64,000 nucleotides of DNA, from the NCBI GenBank assembly GCA_963707435.1, contig CAVPPF010000005.1, forward strand, positions 390,832 through 454,831, written 5' to 3'. This DNA comes from an uncultured Actinomycetota bacterium. GTDB lineage: Bacteria > Actinomycetota > Acidimicrobiia > Spongiisociales > UBA4744. The notes beneath the pieces are model-generated. The model had not been told where the DNA came from, searched no databases, and saw nothing but the letters and a program-made list of their open reading frames with translations. Below, in pieces: positions 12,912-21,862 of this stretch. A program made the translations under genes and the position numbers. Positions within the stretch are counted from its first letter, which is position 1, and every line of letters starts with the position of its first letter.

Positions 12912-14186
12912 CTATGCAGCTTTTTCGGCTGCCTCTTCGTACTCGGGCTCGTCGATGGCATTGGGCAGGATCACGTTGGCGACTACGCCAACCACCGCTG
13001 CCAGGGCGAGACCCGAAACGGAGACGTCGCCGATCTGAATCGGCGAATCGAGGCCGCTCACTCCCAGACCGAAGACCAGGATGAGGGCTGCCACGATCAG
13101 GTTGCGGCTCTGGGTGAAGTCCACACCAGCGTCCGTCAGAACTCGGAGACCGATCGAAGCGATCATGCCGAAGAGCACGATCGAGATACCACCGAGAACC
13201 GGCACCGGAACGGTCTGCAGCAGTCCGCCGAACTTCGGGATGAAGCCCAGCAGAATCGCAAACCCGGCACCGATGCGGAGTACGCGAGGGTCGTAGACCT
13301 TGGTGACGGCCAGCACACCCGTGTTCTCCGAGTAGGTGGTGTTGGGCGGTCCACCGATGAGCCCGGCGAACAGCGTTGCGAGCCCGTCGCCCAGCAGCGT
13401 CCGGTTGACACCAGGGTTGTCGAAGAAGTCCTTCCCGACCACCCGGCCGTTGGTGAGGATATCGCCCACATGCTCGATCATCGTCACGAACGCCACCGGA
13501 GCGATCAGCCACACGGCACCAAAGTCGAACTCGCCTCCGCCAAAGACCCCACCGAAATCGGGCCAAGCCAGCCACTTCGCATCATTGAATGCTGCGAAGT
13601 CAACTTGACCGAAGATGATGGAGACGACGTAGCCGACGATGAAGCCGGTCAGGATCGGGAGCATCTTGAAGATGCCCCGGAACCAGATCGATGCCACGAT
13701 TACCGCCGCCAGGGTCACCAGAGCCAGCCACCAGTTTCCTTGTGCCTGGCTAATGGCCACCGGGGCCAGCGTGATGCCGATCACCGCGATGATCGGTCCT
13801 GTCACAATCGCCGGGAAGAGCGCCCGGATCTTGTGGGTGCCGTCCGGGATCACCGTGACCAGGAACGACACGATCAGGTACACAACTCCGGCGCCGACAA
13901 TGCCAACCCCGATGCTCACGAGGCTGTAACCCTCGGCCTGGGCCAGACCGATCGGTGCGATAAACGCAAACGACGAGCCCAGGAACACCGGCACAATGCC
14001 CTTGGTCACCAGATGGAACAGCATTGTGCCGATCCCGGCTGAGAGCAGCGCAAGGCTCGGGCTCAGTCCAAGGATCAACGGCACCAGCACCGTGGCACCG
14101 AACATCGCCACCGTGTGCTGCAAACCGAGTACTACCCGGCGTTCGACAGCAATATCATCCATCCCCACTCCCCTCCTGAACGACAA
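12912..14186 (-). CDS. Uracil/xanthine permease (NCS2 family)
   Basis: 424-aa ORF. Multi-pass membrane protein with the uracil-permease-like N-terminus MDDIAVERRVVLGLQHTVAMFGATVLVPLILG and a typical NCS2 hydropathy/GxxG pattern. Confidence 0.75.
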   Translation of the reverse strand: MSFRRGVGMDDIAVERRVVLGLQHTVAMFGATVLVPLILGLSPSLALLSAGIGTMLFHLVTKGIVPVFLGSSFAFIAPIGLAQAEGYSLVSIGVGIVGAGVVYLIVSFLVTVIPDGTHKIRALFPAIVTGPIIAVIGITLAPVAISQAQGNWWLALVTLAAVIVASIWFRGIFKMLPILTGFIVGYVVSIIFGQVDFAAFNDAKWLAWPDFGGVFGGGEFDFGAVWLIAPVAFVTMIEHVGDILTNGRVVGKDFFDNPGVNRTLLGDGLATLFAGLIGGPPNTTYSENTGVLAVTKVYDPRVLRIGAGFAILLGFIPKFGGLLQTVPVPVLGGISIVLFGMIASIGLRVLTDAGVDFTQSRNLIVAALILVFGLGVSGLDSPIQIGDVSVSGLALAAVVGVVANVILPNAIDEPEYEEAAEKAA

Positions 14187-14330
14187 AAGCCGCCAAGAAG
14201 GCGGCCCGTTTCACATGTCCGTTGGAAAGACGGTCATTGTCTACGGAAGCTAGTCGTTCACGAACGCGCAATTCAAATGGGAGAGGGTCCCAATGGTTGG
14301 CCCAAAAGGCCCTAGTTGGGAAGGAGTATC

Positions 14331-14378
14331 CAGTTTCCAGTTTCCAGTTTCCAGATCTCAGTATCCAGTTCCCACCCT
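14331..14378. repeat. Six tandem heptamers (cagtttc x3, cagatct, cagtatc, cagttcc) upstream of the permease gene. Candidate regulator binding array.
   Basis: Direct reading of ccagtttccagtttccagtttccagatctcagtatccagttcc. Confidence 0.6.
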
Positions 14379-14477
14379 CTCCGCTCCGCCGCCCATCGGC
14401 GGCTACGCGCCTCTCCCGCGAGCGGGAGAGGCCAGCAGGCAGGGGAATTTGTTCCCCCTCCCGCCCGCGGGAGGGGG

Positions 14478-15371
14478 TCAGGGGGAGGGTGGCACACCCA
14501 CCCGGGTCCCACCCTCACCGGGGGAGGCCAGCACACCCAGACGGGACCGCTGGGCTGACCGCTCGAAGCTGATCGCTCTTCTACCCGAACAGTCGGAAGC
14601 CGGCCAGGAGCGACTCGGCCGCTTCACCTTCCACCTCGAGCCCGCCTGCAGCTTGGGCCATCTCGTGACGTCCGGCGACTCGAGCAGGTAGGCGAGTGCG
14701 GATCCCTCGATCCGCTCGATCGTCCCGGATTCAGCCTCAACCAGGTTGCCCCGTCGATCTGCGACGACAAGGTCTGCCACGGTGCCACCCCGTCCGCTGA
14801 GCTCAAGACGAATGCGGGTGCCGTCGGGCAGACAGGCGCCCTTGACCGCGCCCCACCCGGTCAAGCGCACGGCCCTTCCGACCACCAGAGATTCGGCGAG
14901 CGGCGCAGCGGGACTTTCCAGAGGCAATCCGAGCGCGAACCGCAGATCAAGCAGATGGACGTAGAGGTCGCTGAGGCGAATGTCTGCGAAATTGATCACG
15001 CTGGTCATGCCGAGCGGACCCATGGTCGGCTCCTGCCAACCCGTTTCTTCCAGACCGCGCAATCGCTCGAGCCGGGTCCGCGAGGCTGTGCGGAACTCTT
15101 TGAGAACTTCCTCGTTCGACCAGCTCCGGCGGGCCACCACTCCGGTATCAGTTACCTGATGCAAACCGGTGTGCTCGGAAGACCATCCCACCGGCGGTTC
15201 GGGTTGCGGGAGCCCCAGAAACAACGACTCCAAACCACCAAGGTGCGCAGCCAGATCCTTGATGTCCCATTCTGTGTTGGGCGTGGGGAGCGCCCACTGC
15301 TCGTCCGGGAGTGCGTCCAGAAGTGCACCGATGCTGCTCCAGGTTTCTTCAAGTGCGCGAAGAATCTCCAT
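14478..15371 (-). CDS. DinB_2 / mycothiol-dependent maleylpyruvate isomerase N-terminal-domain family protein (TIGR03083-like). The C-terminal ~50 aa are probably spurious read-through into the GC-rich palindromes.
   Basis: N-terminus MEILRALEETWSSIGALLDALPDEQWALPTPNTEWDIKDLAAHLGG is characteristic of the family. The low-complexity tail is encoded by the palindromic region 14400-14480. Confidence 0.55.
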   Translation of the reverse strand: MEILRALEETWSSIGALLDALPDEQWALPTPNTEWDIKDLAAHLGGLESLFLGLPQPEPPVGWSSEHTGLHQVTDTGVVARRSWSNEEVLKEFRTASRTRLERLRGLEETGWQEPTMGPLGMTSVINFADIRLSDLYVHLLDLRFALGLPLESPAAPLAESLVVGRAVRLTGWGAVKGACLPDGTRIRLELSGRGGTVADLVVADRRGNLVEAESGTIERIEGSALAYLLESPDVTRWPKLQAGSRWKVKRPSRSWPASDCSGRRAISFERSAQRSRLGVLASPGEGGTRVGVPPSP

Positions 15372-15405
15372 GAGGAGCGGAGACTAGGAGATGAAGCGAA
15401 GTTGC

Positions 15406-15425
15406 GGGGGGTTGTTACACCCCCC
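15406..15425 (-). terminator. Hairpin GGGGGGT-loop-ACCCCCC about 90 nt downstream of the minus-strand AP-endonuclease/PolDom gene. An unusual AT-rich tract lies next to it (15475-15510).
   Basis: Perfect 7-bp G/C stem read directly from the sequence. No clear U-tract. Confidence 0.3.
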
Positions 15426-15516
15426 TGGCTTCGCCGCGCGCTCCTCCCTAGACCCGAAACGCGACGCAGAACACAAACTAACTCACAAACATGTAATTTG
15501 TCTAGAGGAAATATCG

Positions 15517-17322
15517 TCAGGACTCGGCGAGACCCAGCGCCGCTTCGGCGGGTTCCAATCGCTGGCCACCCGCCAGCGCCGGCGCGAACAGATCCCCGGA
15601 GCGCTGCAGCCGGTCCCAGATCGTCGCCATCGTGAAATCGTCGGGGCGGACGGTCTCCAGTTCGCTCCACAGGAAAGGCGCCGATACGGGCGCTCCCGGC
15701 CGGGGACGGACCGAGTAGACCGAGGCGATGGTCTTTCCGCCGACGTTCTGGTTGTGGTCGATGAAGACCTTGCCGGCCCGCCTGGGGATGTCCCACTCCA
15801 TGGTGATTTCATCCGGGTTGGCCGCCACCAGAAGGCGACCGAGCGATTCGACGAACTTGCGAACCCGGCCGTACTCGTAGATCGGGTCGAGGGGAACGTA
15901 GATGTGGAGGCCCGTTGCACCTGAGGTCTTGGGGTAGCCGGTGAGGCCCATCTGGTCGAGGGCCACTTTGATCAGCTTGGCGACTTCAACCACCTGGTCC
16001 CAGGTTGCCCCGTCGGCCGGGTCGAGATCGAAGATTGCGAAGTCGGGCCGGTCGACGCTCGCAGCCCGCGACAGCCACGGATGGATCTCGATGCACCCCA
16101 TGTTCGCCAGCCACATCAGCGACTCGGCATCCCGGGCCGTCACGAAGTCGATCGCCGCTCCGCGATGCCCGGAGTGGATGGGCGCCAGCGGCATCCAGTC
16201 GGGTTGATGGCCGGGGGCCTGCTTCTCGTAGAAGAAGCTGCCGTCGGCACCATCCGGGAATCGGGCCATGACGATGGCGCGGTCCTGCAGATGCGGGACG
16301 AGCACCGGTGCAATCGACGCGTAGTACTGGATGAGGTCGCCCTTGGTATATCCGTCCGGGAAGAACGGTTTGTCGACGTTGGAGAGCCGCAACGGCCGGT
16401 AGGGACCTACCGGGCGGGCATGCGCTCCGTCGGGTATCACTCGAATCGGTTCGGGGAACGCGATCGCTCCCGAGCCCAGCAGACGGCCGGTCGATTCCTC
16501 TGCGGTTCCGGCTGCCAGCGTCTGGCGGATCTCGGCCAGCATGGCGTCGTGACTGTCTTGTTCCTTCGCCTCGGAGATGATCACCATCCGCAACCCGGCG
16601 TCCTGCGCCGCCTCGACCAGCGGGCCGATCCTGATCGTGCCGGTCCCGTAGGGAATGTGCTTGATCTCTCCCTTGTCCCCGAACAGGTTGTCGGTGAACT
16701 GTGCCTGGAGCGGATCGATCATCCATCCCGGAAAGTTGTCCCGCAGGAACGAAATCACCGAGGCGAAGGCCTCCTTCGAGGTCAGGGCTCCACCGCTGAT
16801 GGCGTGCACGTGGGCCCAATCGACCAGGGGCCTGACGAAAGGGAACTCATTGGCCAGCAGCGCAATATCCCCGAGGGTGCCGTAGGCGCTTTCCTTGCCG
16901 GCGGTCTCCAAACCCAGGGCCACGCCAAGGTGCTGCACTTTGGGAGCCAGGTATTCGAGGCGAGCCCTTACGAGGTCGAGCAGGTCCGGGCCGGATCGCC
17001 CGTGTTTGTTGCCCAGATGGGCACAGATGATCCGTGAACCGAGGGCCTTCCCGAGCTTCATCGTGTGCTCGAGAGCCGCCAGGCATTGCTTGGCCCGGTC
17101 TTCTTCTTCAACGGTCAGAATCGCGAAGTACGGGGCATGGACGGACACTGCGATGTCGCGTTCCGCCGCCAAGCGCCCGAACGAAGCACACCGTTTCTCC
17201 TTCCAGGGGAAGTCCTTGACGAACGGCAGCTCGACCGCCTGGTGACCACGGGCGACCAGATCGTCGAGAAAGGCTGCGTCGTCGTCGCCGGGCGGGAGCC
17301 GCGATATGCCGAAGCGGATCAT
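15517..17322 (-). CDS. Fusion protein: N-terminal Endonuclease IV-like AP endonuclease (AP_endonuc_2 / xylose-isomerase-like TIM barrel) plus C-terminal LigD-type primase-polymerase (PolDom / Prim-Pol, AEP superfamily)
   Basis: N-terminal half carries Nfo-like motifs: SVHAPYF, ICAHLG, GLETAGK, VDWAHVHA. C-terminal half carries the three AEP/LigD-Pol motifs: FAIFDLDPAD (DxD), KTSGATGLHIYVPL (SGxxGxH), KVFIDHNQNVGGKTIASVYSVRP. Confidence 0.7.
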   Translation of the reverse strand: MIRFGISRLPPGDDDAAFLDDLVARGHQAVELPFVKDFPWKEKRCASFGRLAAERDIAVSVHAPYFAILTVEEEDRAKQCLAALEHTMKLGKALGSRIICAHLGNKHGRSGPDLLDLVRARLEYLAPKVQHLGVALGLETAGKESAYGTLGDIALLANEFPFVRPLVDWAHVHAISGGALTSKEAFASVISFLRDNFPGWMIDPLQAQFTDNLFGDKGEIKHIPYGTGTIRIGPLVEAAQDAGLRMVIISEAKEQDSHDAMLAEIRQTLAAGTAEESTGRLLGSGAIAFPEPIRVIPDGAHARPVGPYRPLRLSNVDKPFFPDGYTKGDLIQYYASIAPVLVPHLQDRAIVMARFPDGADGSFFYEKQAPGHQPDWMPLAPIHSGHRGAAIDFVTARDAESLMWLANMGCIEIHPWLSRAASVDRPDFAIFDLDPADGATWDQVVEVAKLIKVALDQMGLTGYPKTSGATGLHIYVPLDPIYEYGRVRKFVESLGRLLVAANPDEITMEWDIPRRAGKVFIDHNQNVGGKTIASVYSVRPRPGAPVSAPFLWSELETVRPDDFTMATIWDRLQRSGDLFAPALAGGQRLEPAEAALGLAES

Positions 17323-17372
17323 GGGGAGAGGTTATCGGGCGGCCACGTCAAACGGCCGGTACGCTGGCTCTC

Positions 17373-17780
17373 ATGCGCACACAAGCCACGTTCGTCTGGA
17401 CTTCGGAAGGACCCGACCCGGCGCGAACGCTGGCAGAGCTGATCATTCGCGGGGTGTCCGAAGCCGGTTTCGGGTGCACACCGGTCGAGGACCTCGACTA
17501 CGCCCACGCCTTCCGCACCGTTGTGGGGCGTCGCAACTTCTTCATCATGATGGGCGAGGTCGAAGATGGGGTCCGCCAATGGCTGGTCTCAACCAAGAGC
17601 GAGCTCGGGATCTTCGCCTATCTCATGGGCTCGCGGGACTATCAGGAATACGAGGTGCTCACCGGAGTTCTGCACGAATGCCTCAGCTCGCTGCCGGGGC
17701 TGACCGACCTCCGCTGGTACTCGCTCGAGGACTACAACGAGCGGCCGGACACCGATTGGGCGGCCACGCCCGGTGAGTAG
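17373..17780 (+). CDS. Hypothetical protein (135 aa), divergently transcribed 50 bp from the AP-endonuclease/Prim-Pol fusion
   Basis: Complete ORF with no recognisable motif. Its position is suggestive of functional linkage. Confidence 0.4.
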   Translation: MRTQATFVWTSEGPDPARTLAELIIRGVSEAGFGCTPVEDLDYAHAFRTVVGRRNFFIMMGEVEDGVRQWLVSTKSELGIFAYLMGSRDYQEYEVLTGVLHECLSSLPGLTDLRWYSLEDYNERPDTDWAATPGE

Positions 17781-17915
17781 CGGGTTGGTCCGTCGGTGGC
17801 GTGGACGGCGCGAACCTATGAACCCGCCGCAGGTGGCGATGCGGAGAGGGTGGCAGCAGTACGACGGGACTTCTTGGAGCGTGTTCGATCACGACCTTCC
17901 GTGTACCGTTGGTTC

Positions 17916-18405
17916 ATGACCAGCGGAGACATGGTCCGTCGGGCCCGTGAACGGGTCGGATCCGGAACCCGCCCCGGACCGCGCCCGTCGCAGGCGCTGG
18001 CGGTTGTCACGTGCATGGACACCCGCGATTGACCCCTTTGGGCTCTTCCGGTCACAGCCCGGCGACATCCACACCATCGAGAACGCAGGAGGTTTGGTCA
18101 CCGACGACGTGATCCGATCGTTGCTGATTTCGCAGCGCTATCTCGGCACTCGCCGGGTGGCCGTGGTCATGCACACCGACTGCGGGTTGCTGGGTCTCGA
18201 CTCGGCCGCCGAGGCAACCGCAATCTCTAACGAACTCGGTGTGGATCTGCCCTTCACGCTGGGCGGATTCGACGATCTCGGGCAACGACTTGCCGAGTCG
18301 GTCCGCCTGGTCCGCACGACGCCGCTGCTCCCCCACCGGGACAGTGTGCTGGGCTACATCTACGACGTGGACACGCAGCGTTTGGCCGAGGTCCCGATCG
18401 GCTGA
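17916..18405 (+). CDS. Beta-class carbonic anhydrase, interrupted by a 1-nt frameshift near 18030
   Basis: ORF 17796..18032 ends in ...LAVVTCMDTRD* (CxDxR motif). ORF 17947..18405 continues IDPFGLF...HTIENAGG...HTDCG (HxxCG motif). Together they match the Rv1284-type beta-CA layout. Confidence 0.6.
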
Positions 18406-18437
18406 CCGATGTCTCGTCCGGCGCTACTCTCCCGGTG

Positions 18438-18513
18438 GGGCCTGTAGCTCAGTTGGCAGAGCAGGGGACTTTTAATCCCAAGGTCGTGAGTTCGATTCTC
18501 ACCGGGCCCACCA
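18438..18513 (+). tRNA. tRNA-Lys (anticodon TTT), 76 nt, CCA encoded
   Basis: Manual cloverleaf: acceptor stem GGGCCTG/CGGGCCC, D-stem GCTC/GAGC, anticodon loop CTTTTAA, T-arm GTGAG-TTCGATT-CTCAC. Confidence 0.85.
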
Positions 18514-18559
18514 TCGAACCGGACTTCCGCGGGCCCCGGGGCTGCTTTCCCAGCCTTCC

Positions 18560-18892
18560 CTACCGGATGGTCTCGTCGAGCTTCGCTACGAATTCTTCCG
18601 GCCGGAGCGGGTAGAAATCGGCGCTTTCGCCGCCCAGGTTCAAGACGACCCGGGTCTGGGTCCAGCGCAGATAATTGACCTCACGCAGCGGGTATCGACC
18701 GAGCATCTGATCTCCCTGCTTGAGGATGATCGCTTCCCTTTCGATATCGATAACCAGATCTGCTTCGGCCGTCCCGTCGTGGAGGACGAGCCGGCCACCG
18801 AATTGCGTGTCGCTCACATCGTCCTCCCTACCGGAGCGTACAAACGTGTCGACCGGCTTTGCGGAGGTAGGCGAGTTTCTTTTCGCGACCAA
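18560..18892 (-). CDS. Small hypothetical protein (110 aa or shorter)
   Basis: ORF only. The true start is possibly an internal GTG (VSDTQFGGRLVLHDG...). Confidence 0.35.
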   Translation of the reverse strand: MVAKRNSPTSAKPVDTFVRSGREDDVSDTQFGGRLVLHDGTAEADLVIDIEREAIILKQGDQMLGRYPLREVNYLRWTQTRVVLNLGGESADFYPLRPEEFVAKLDETIR

Positions 18893-18949
18893 TCAATGAT
18901 CGCAAACGGAAGGTTTGGAGGAGCTGTCGACCGGGATCCCGAACCTGAT

Positions 18950-19483
18950 CTACTCGACGGTGGACCTCAGCATCCAGGCCGTCTTCTCGTGGATATTGAT
19001 GCGCTGGGTAGCCAGATCAGCCGAGGCAACATCGCCGGCCTTCTCGGCGGCCGCCACCACCGTTCGCGCTGTGCGCACCACGGTCTCGTGCCCGGTTGCC
19101 AGCCGGCGCACCATTTCGAGGGCGTCGGGAGATTCAGTGTCGTCGGGAATGCTCGACAACGCAGCAAAATCCGCATAGCCAAGCGGGGTGAGGTGCCCCA
19201 GAGCCCGGATACGCTCGGCGACTTCATCAACCGCATCGCGAATTTCCAGGTACTGCTCCTCGAACATCGTGTGCAAGGCCCGGAACATGGTTCCGGTCAC
19301 ATTCCAGTGATAGACGTGTGTCTTGAGGTAGAGCGTGTACGTGTCCGCAAGAAGGTGCGCCAGACCTGCTGCTATTTCCTTACGATCTGGCTCGGCGATA
19401 CCGGTGTTGATCTCCACTTCTGAGGCTCCTTCTGGATGGTGATCTCCTGGAGCCGAGTCTACGACGATGCCACATTGTGCCAA
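18950..19483 (-). CDS. dps: Dps (DNA-binding ferritin-like protein from starved cells)
   Basis: LADTYTLYLKTHVYHWNVTGTMFRALHTMFEEQY is the ferritin-like di-iron/Dps signature region. Confidence 0.75.
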   Translation of the reverse strand: MAQCGIVVDSAPGDHHPEGASEVEINTGIAEPDRKEIAAGLAHLLADTYTLYLKTHVYHWNVTGTMFRALHTMFEEQYLEIRDAVDEVAERIRALGHLTPLGYADFAALSSIPDDTESPDALEMVRRLATGHETVVRTARTVVAAAEKAGDVASADLATQRINIHEKTAWMLRSTVE

Positions 19484-19507
19484 CTCGGCATTGGATCCAG
19501 ACGGAGG

Positions 19508-21658
19508 TCAGTTCACATGGCCTGGTTCGAGAACGCCCGCCCGCGGGAGCAGGGCCGGAATGATGACCAGAGCCGTCAAGGCGGCGGTGGTCATCGACAC
19601 CCACATGATCATCGAAATCTGCGGGTGGACTCTGAACGGAGACAGCCACAGGGCCGTCAGCGCCACGGCGATCCCGAGAGCGTTGGCGATGATCGGCCGG
19701 CCGGCGCGGTCGATGGCGCGCAGCACATAGCCGTCCCCTTCGGTGCGGGCGAAGTCGATGGCGGCAACGAAGTGGATGGCGTAGTCGATGCCCACCCCGA
19801 TGACGATCGATGACAGGACCGCCGTCACCAGGTTGAGCTGTATGCCAGAGGCTGCGATGAACCCGAGCAGGGTGGCGCTGGTCAGGACCAACGGCGCCAG
19901 GCTGACCAGGGTCTGCCGGACCTTGCGGTAAGCAGCCAGCAACATCAGGGTCACCAGACCGTAGGCGACCGCCAGCGAGATGAACTGGGCGCGCAGCACC
20001 AAACGGGCTACCTCGTCCCAGATGACGGGCATGCCGGTCAGAATCCGGATCTCCTCCTTCCCGGCCGCAAATTCGAGCCAGCCCTGCAGGTCTTCGGTCT
20101 CGAATTGGGACGGCAAGAGCATGAAACGGAGCCCGTCAGTCGGACGCCATCTGACCGAGCGGCAAAGGTGTTTCTCCGCTGAGGGCACCCTGCAGCTGCG
20201 CATCGGGGACCACTCCTCGTAGGTCGGCCAGACTGAAGACCTTGCGGATCCCCGGCAATGACTCCAACTCCCTCGAGAGGTCCGTCACCCGGGCGAGACC
20301 GCCGAGACCGTCTGCCTGGTCGAAGACGAATTCACCGATGAGCGGGGTTGCCCCACCGAATAGCTCGGCGGTCTTCTCAAATCCAAGGCGGACCGGGTCG
20401 TCCTTCTTGAAGTAGATGAGCTGATCGCCGTCGACTTGCAGCTGCGGGATGAAGACGGCCGAAAAGGCGATCGAGGCCTCCAGCCAGGGCGGCAGCTACC
20501 CACCGTCGCGAGGCCGGTTTCTTGACGGCCGCGGTGAGCCGGGGTCCGAGCAATGCGGCGTGGTGTTTTGGTTCGACATGCATCCGGCTGAGCAGAGCGG
20601 GGAGAGCGAAGAACGAGATGATGCCGGCGAAGACGATGCCGATCGCGGTGAATGATCCCAGCTGGGCGATCGGGGCAACGCCGGTGAAGATCAGCGACAG
20701 GAACCCGGCGGCAGTGCTGATGGTGGTGAGGATCATCGGAACCCCAACCTGGCGAAGGGTCGAGGTCACCCGATCGACTTCATCGAAGGTGCGCTCGACT
20801 TGTTCCTGGTAGTGGGTCACGAAATGGAGGCCGTCGGCGGAGCCCATCACGATTACGAAGATGGGCACCAGGATGGTGATGATGTCGACCTCTCTCCCCA
20901 GGGCGAAGATGAACCCGAAAGTCCACACCGAACCAAGCAGAGCCGGGACAACGGCGAAAATGGTGAGCTTGCGATCGCCCACGTTGGCGAAGAACACGCC
21001 GAGCAAGCAGGATGACGATGACCGGCGGGATCACGATCAAGAACCAGCTCATCTTGTCGAGAATCGAAGCAAAGATGACTGGATTGCCCGAGAGGGTCAG
21101 CTCCAGTCCGTCCGGAGCGGTCACATCGTTCACCGCCTGGGCTACTTCCAGCGAATCACCCAGCGGAACGACCAGCATCAGCGTGTTGCGGCCGTCCTCA
21201 CTCACCAGCAGATCGGCCAGAGGGTTCTGTCCGACGAGATCGGTGATGAGTTGCTCGGGCACCAGGGCAATCTGCTCCGGTGTCAGCGGCGCGCCGGTCA
21301 ACGGGTTGACCTCAGGAACGACCGAACCAACCTGACCGACGCCCTCGACTGCAGCCAGGGTGTCCCGCAGTTCGACAACGGCGACCAGAAGGTCCTTCTC
21401 GAACAACGTGCGCCCCTCCGGCGCCGACACCAGCACGTTGATCGGATCCCCGGTGTCGTATTTCTCCTGGAGGGCGACCCACGCCTCACCCGTGGCGTTC
21501 CCTTCCGTGATGAACTTCGACACGTCGGCGTTGAAGGACATGCGGAACAACATGGCCACCGACACGAGCGTGATGATCCCGGTGAGGGCCAGCACCAGCT
21601 TGGAGCGTTCAACGATGAATCTGGCGATGCGGTCCAACGGCTGCCTTTCCGGCTCCAC
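19508..21658 (-). CDS. MMPL-family RND transporter, split into three ORFs by frameshifts near 20400-20500 and 21000
   Basis: ORF 20780..21658 is the N-terminal TM plus periplasmic domain. ORF 20377..21006 is the central TM bundle. ORF 19508..20203 is the C-terminal TM bundle. The order is collinear with MmpL proteins. Confidence 0.6.
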
Positions 21659-21862
21659 CCTAGAACAACCGCCTCTCGCCCCGTTCTACCAAATCCTGGG
21701 ACATATGCGTCCCTCGAATGGAATAGGACTTCATATGCAAGAAATCCGCCATTCGACCTAGGAAGAACCTTCCGGAAGGCCGGAGGCTTCCGTTACTGTC
21801 GCGCTTTCCGGTCCCGGGCATGCACGTTCGCCCGCCCGCTCCGGATGAGGAGAGAGGTAGGA

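Noticed and set aside
12853-13575. 240-aa minus-strand ORF and several small ORFs overlapping the uracil permease gene in other frames
   Set aside because: The permease frame has a coherent membrane-protein translation and the alternatives are Arg-rich nonsense.
14222-14691. Overlapping 80-130-aa ORFs across 14222..14691
   Set aside because: They translate the palindromic GC-rich leader and heptamer repeats into Pro/Arg/Gly-rich strings. No coding signal.
20861-21862. N-terminal 330-aa extension of the 757-aa ORF 20861..23134
   Set aside because: The extension is antisense to the MMPL gene and has no aminotransferase similarity. The AONS domain begins at ATG 21863, which has a good RBS.
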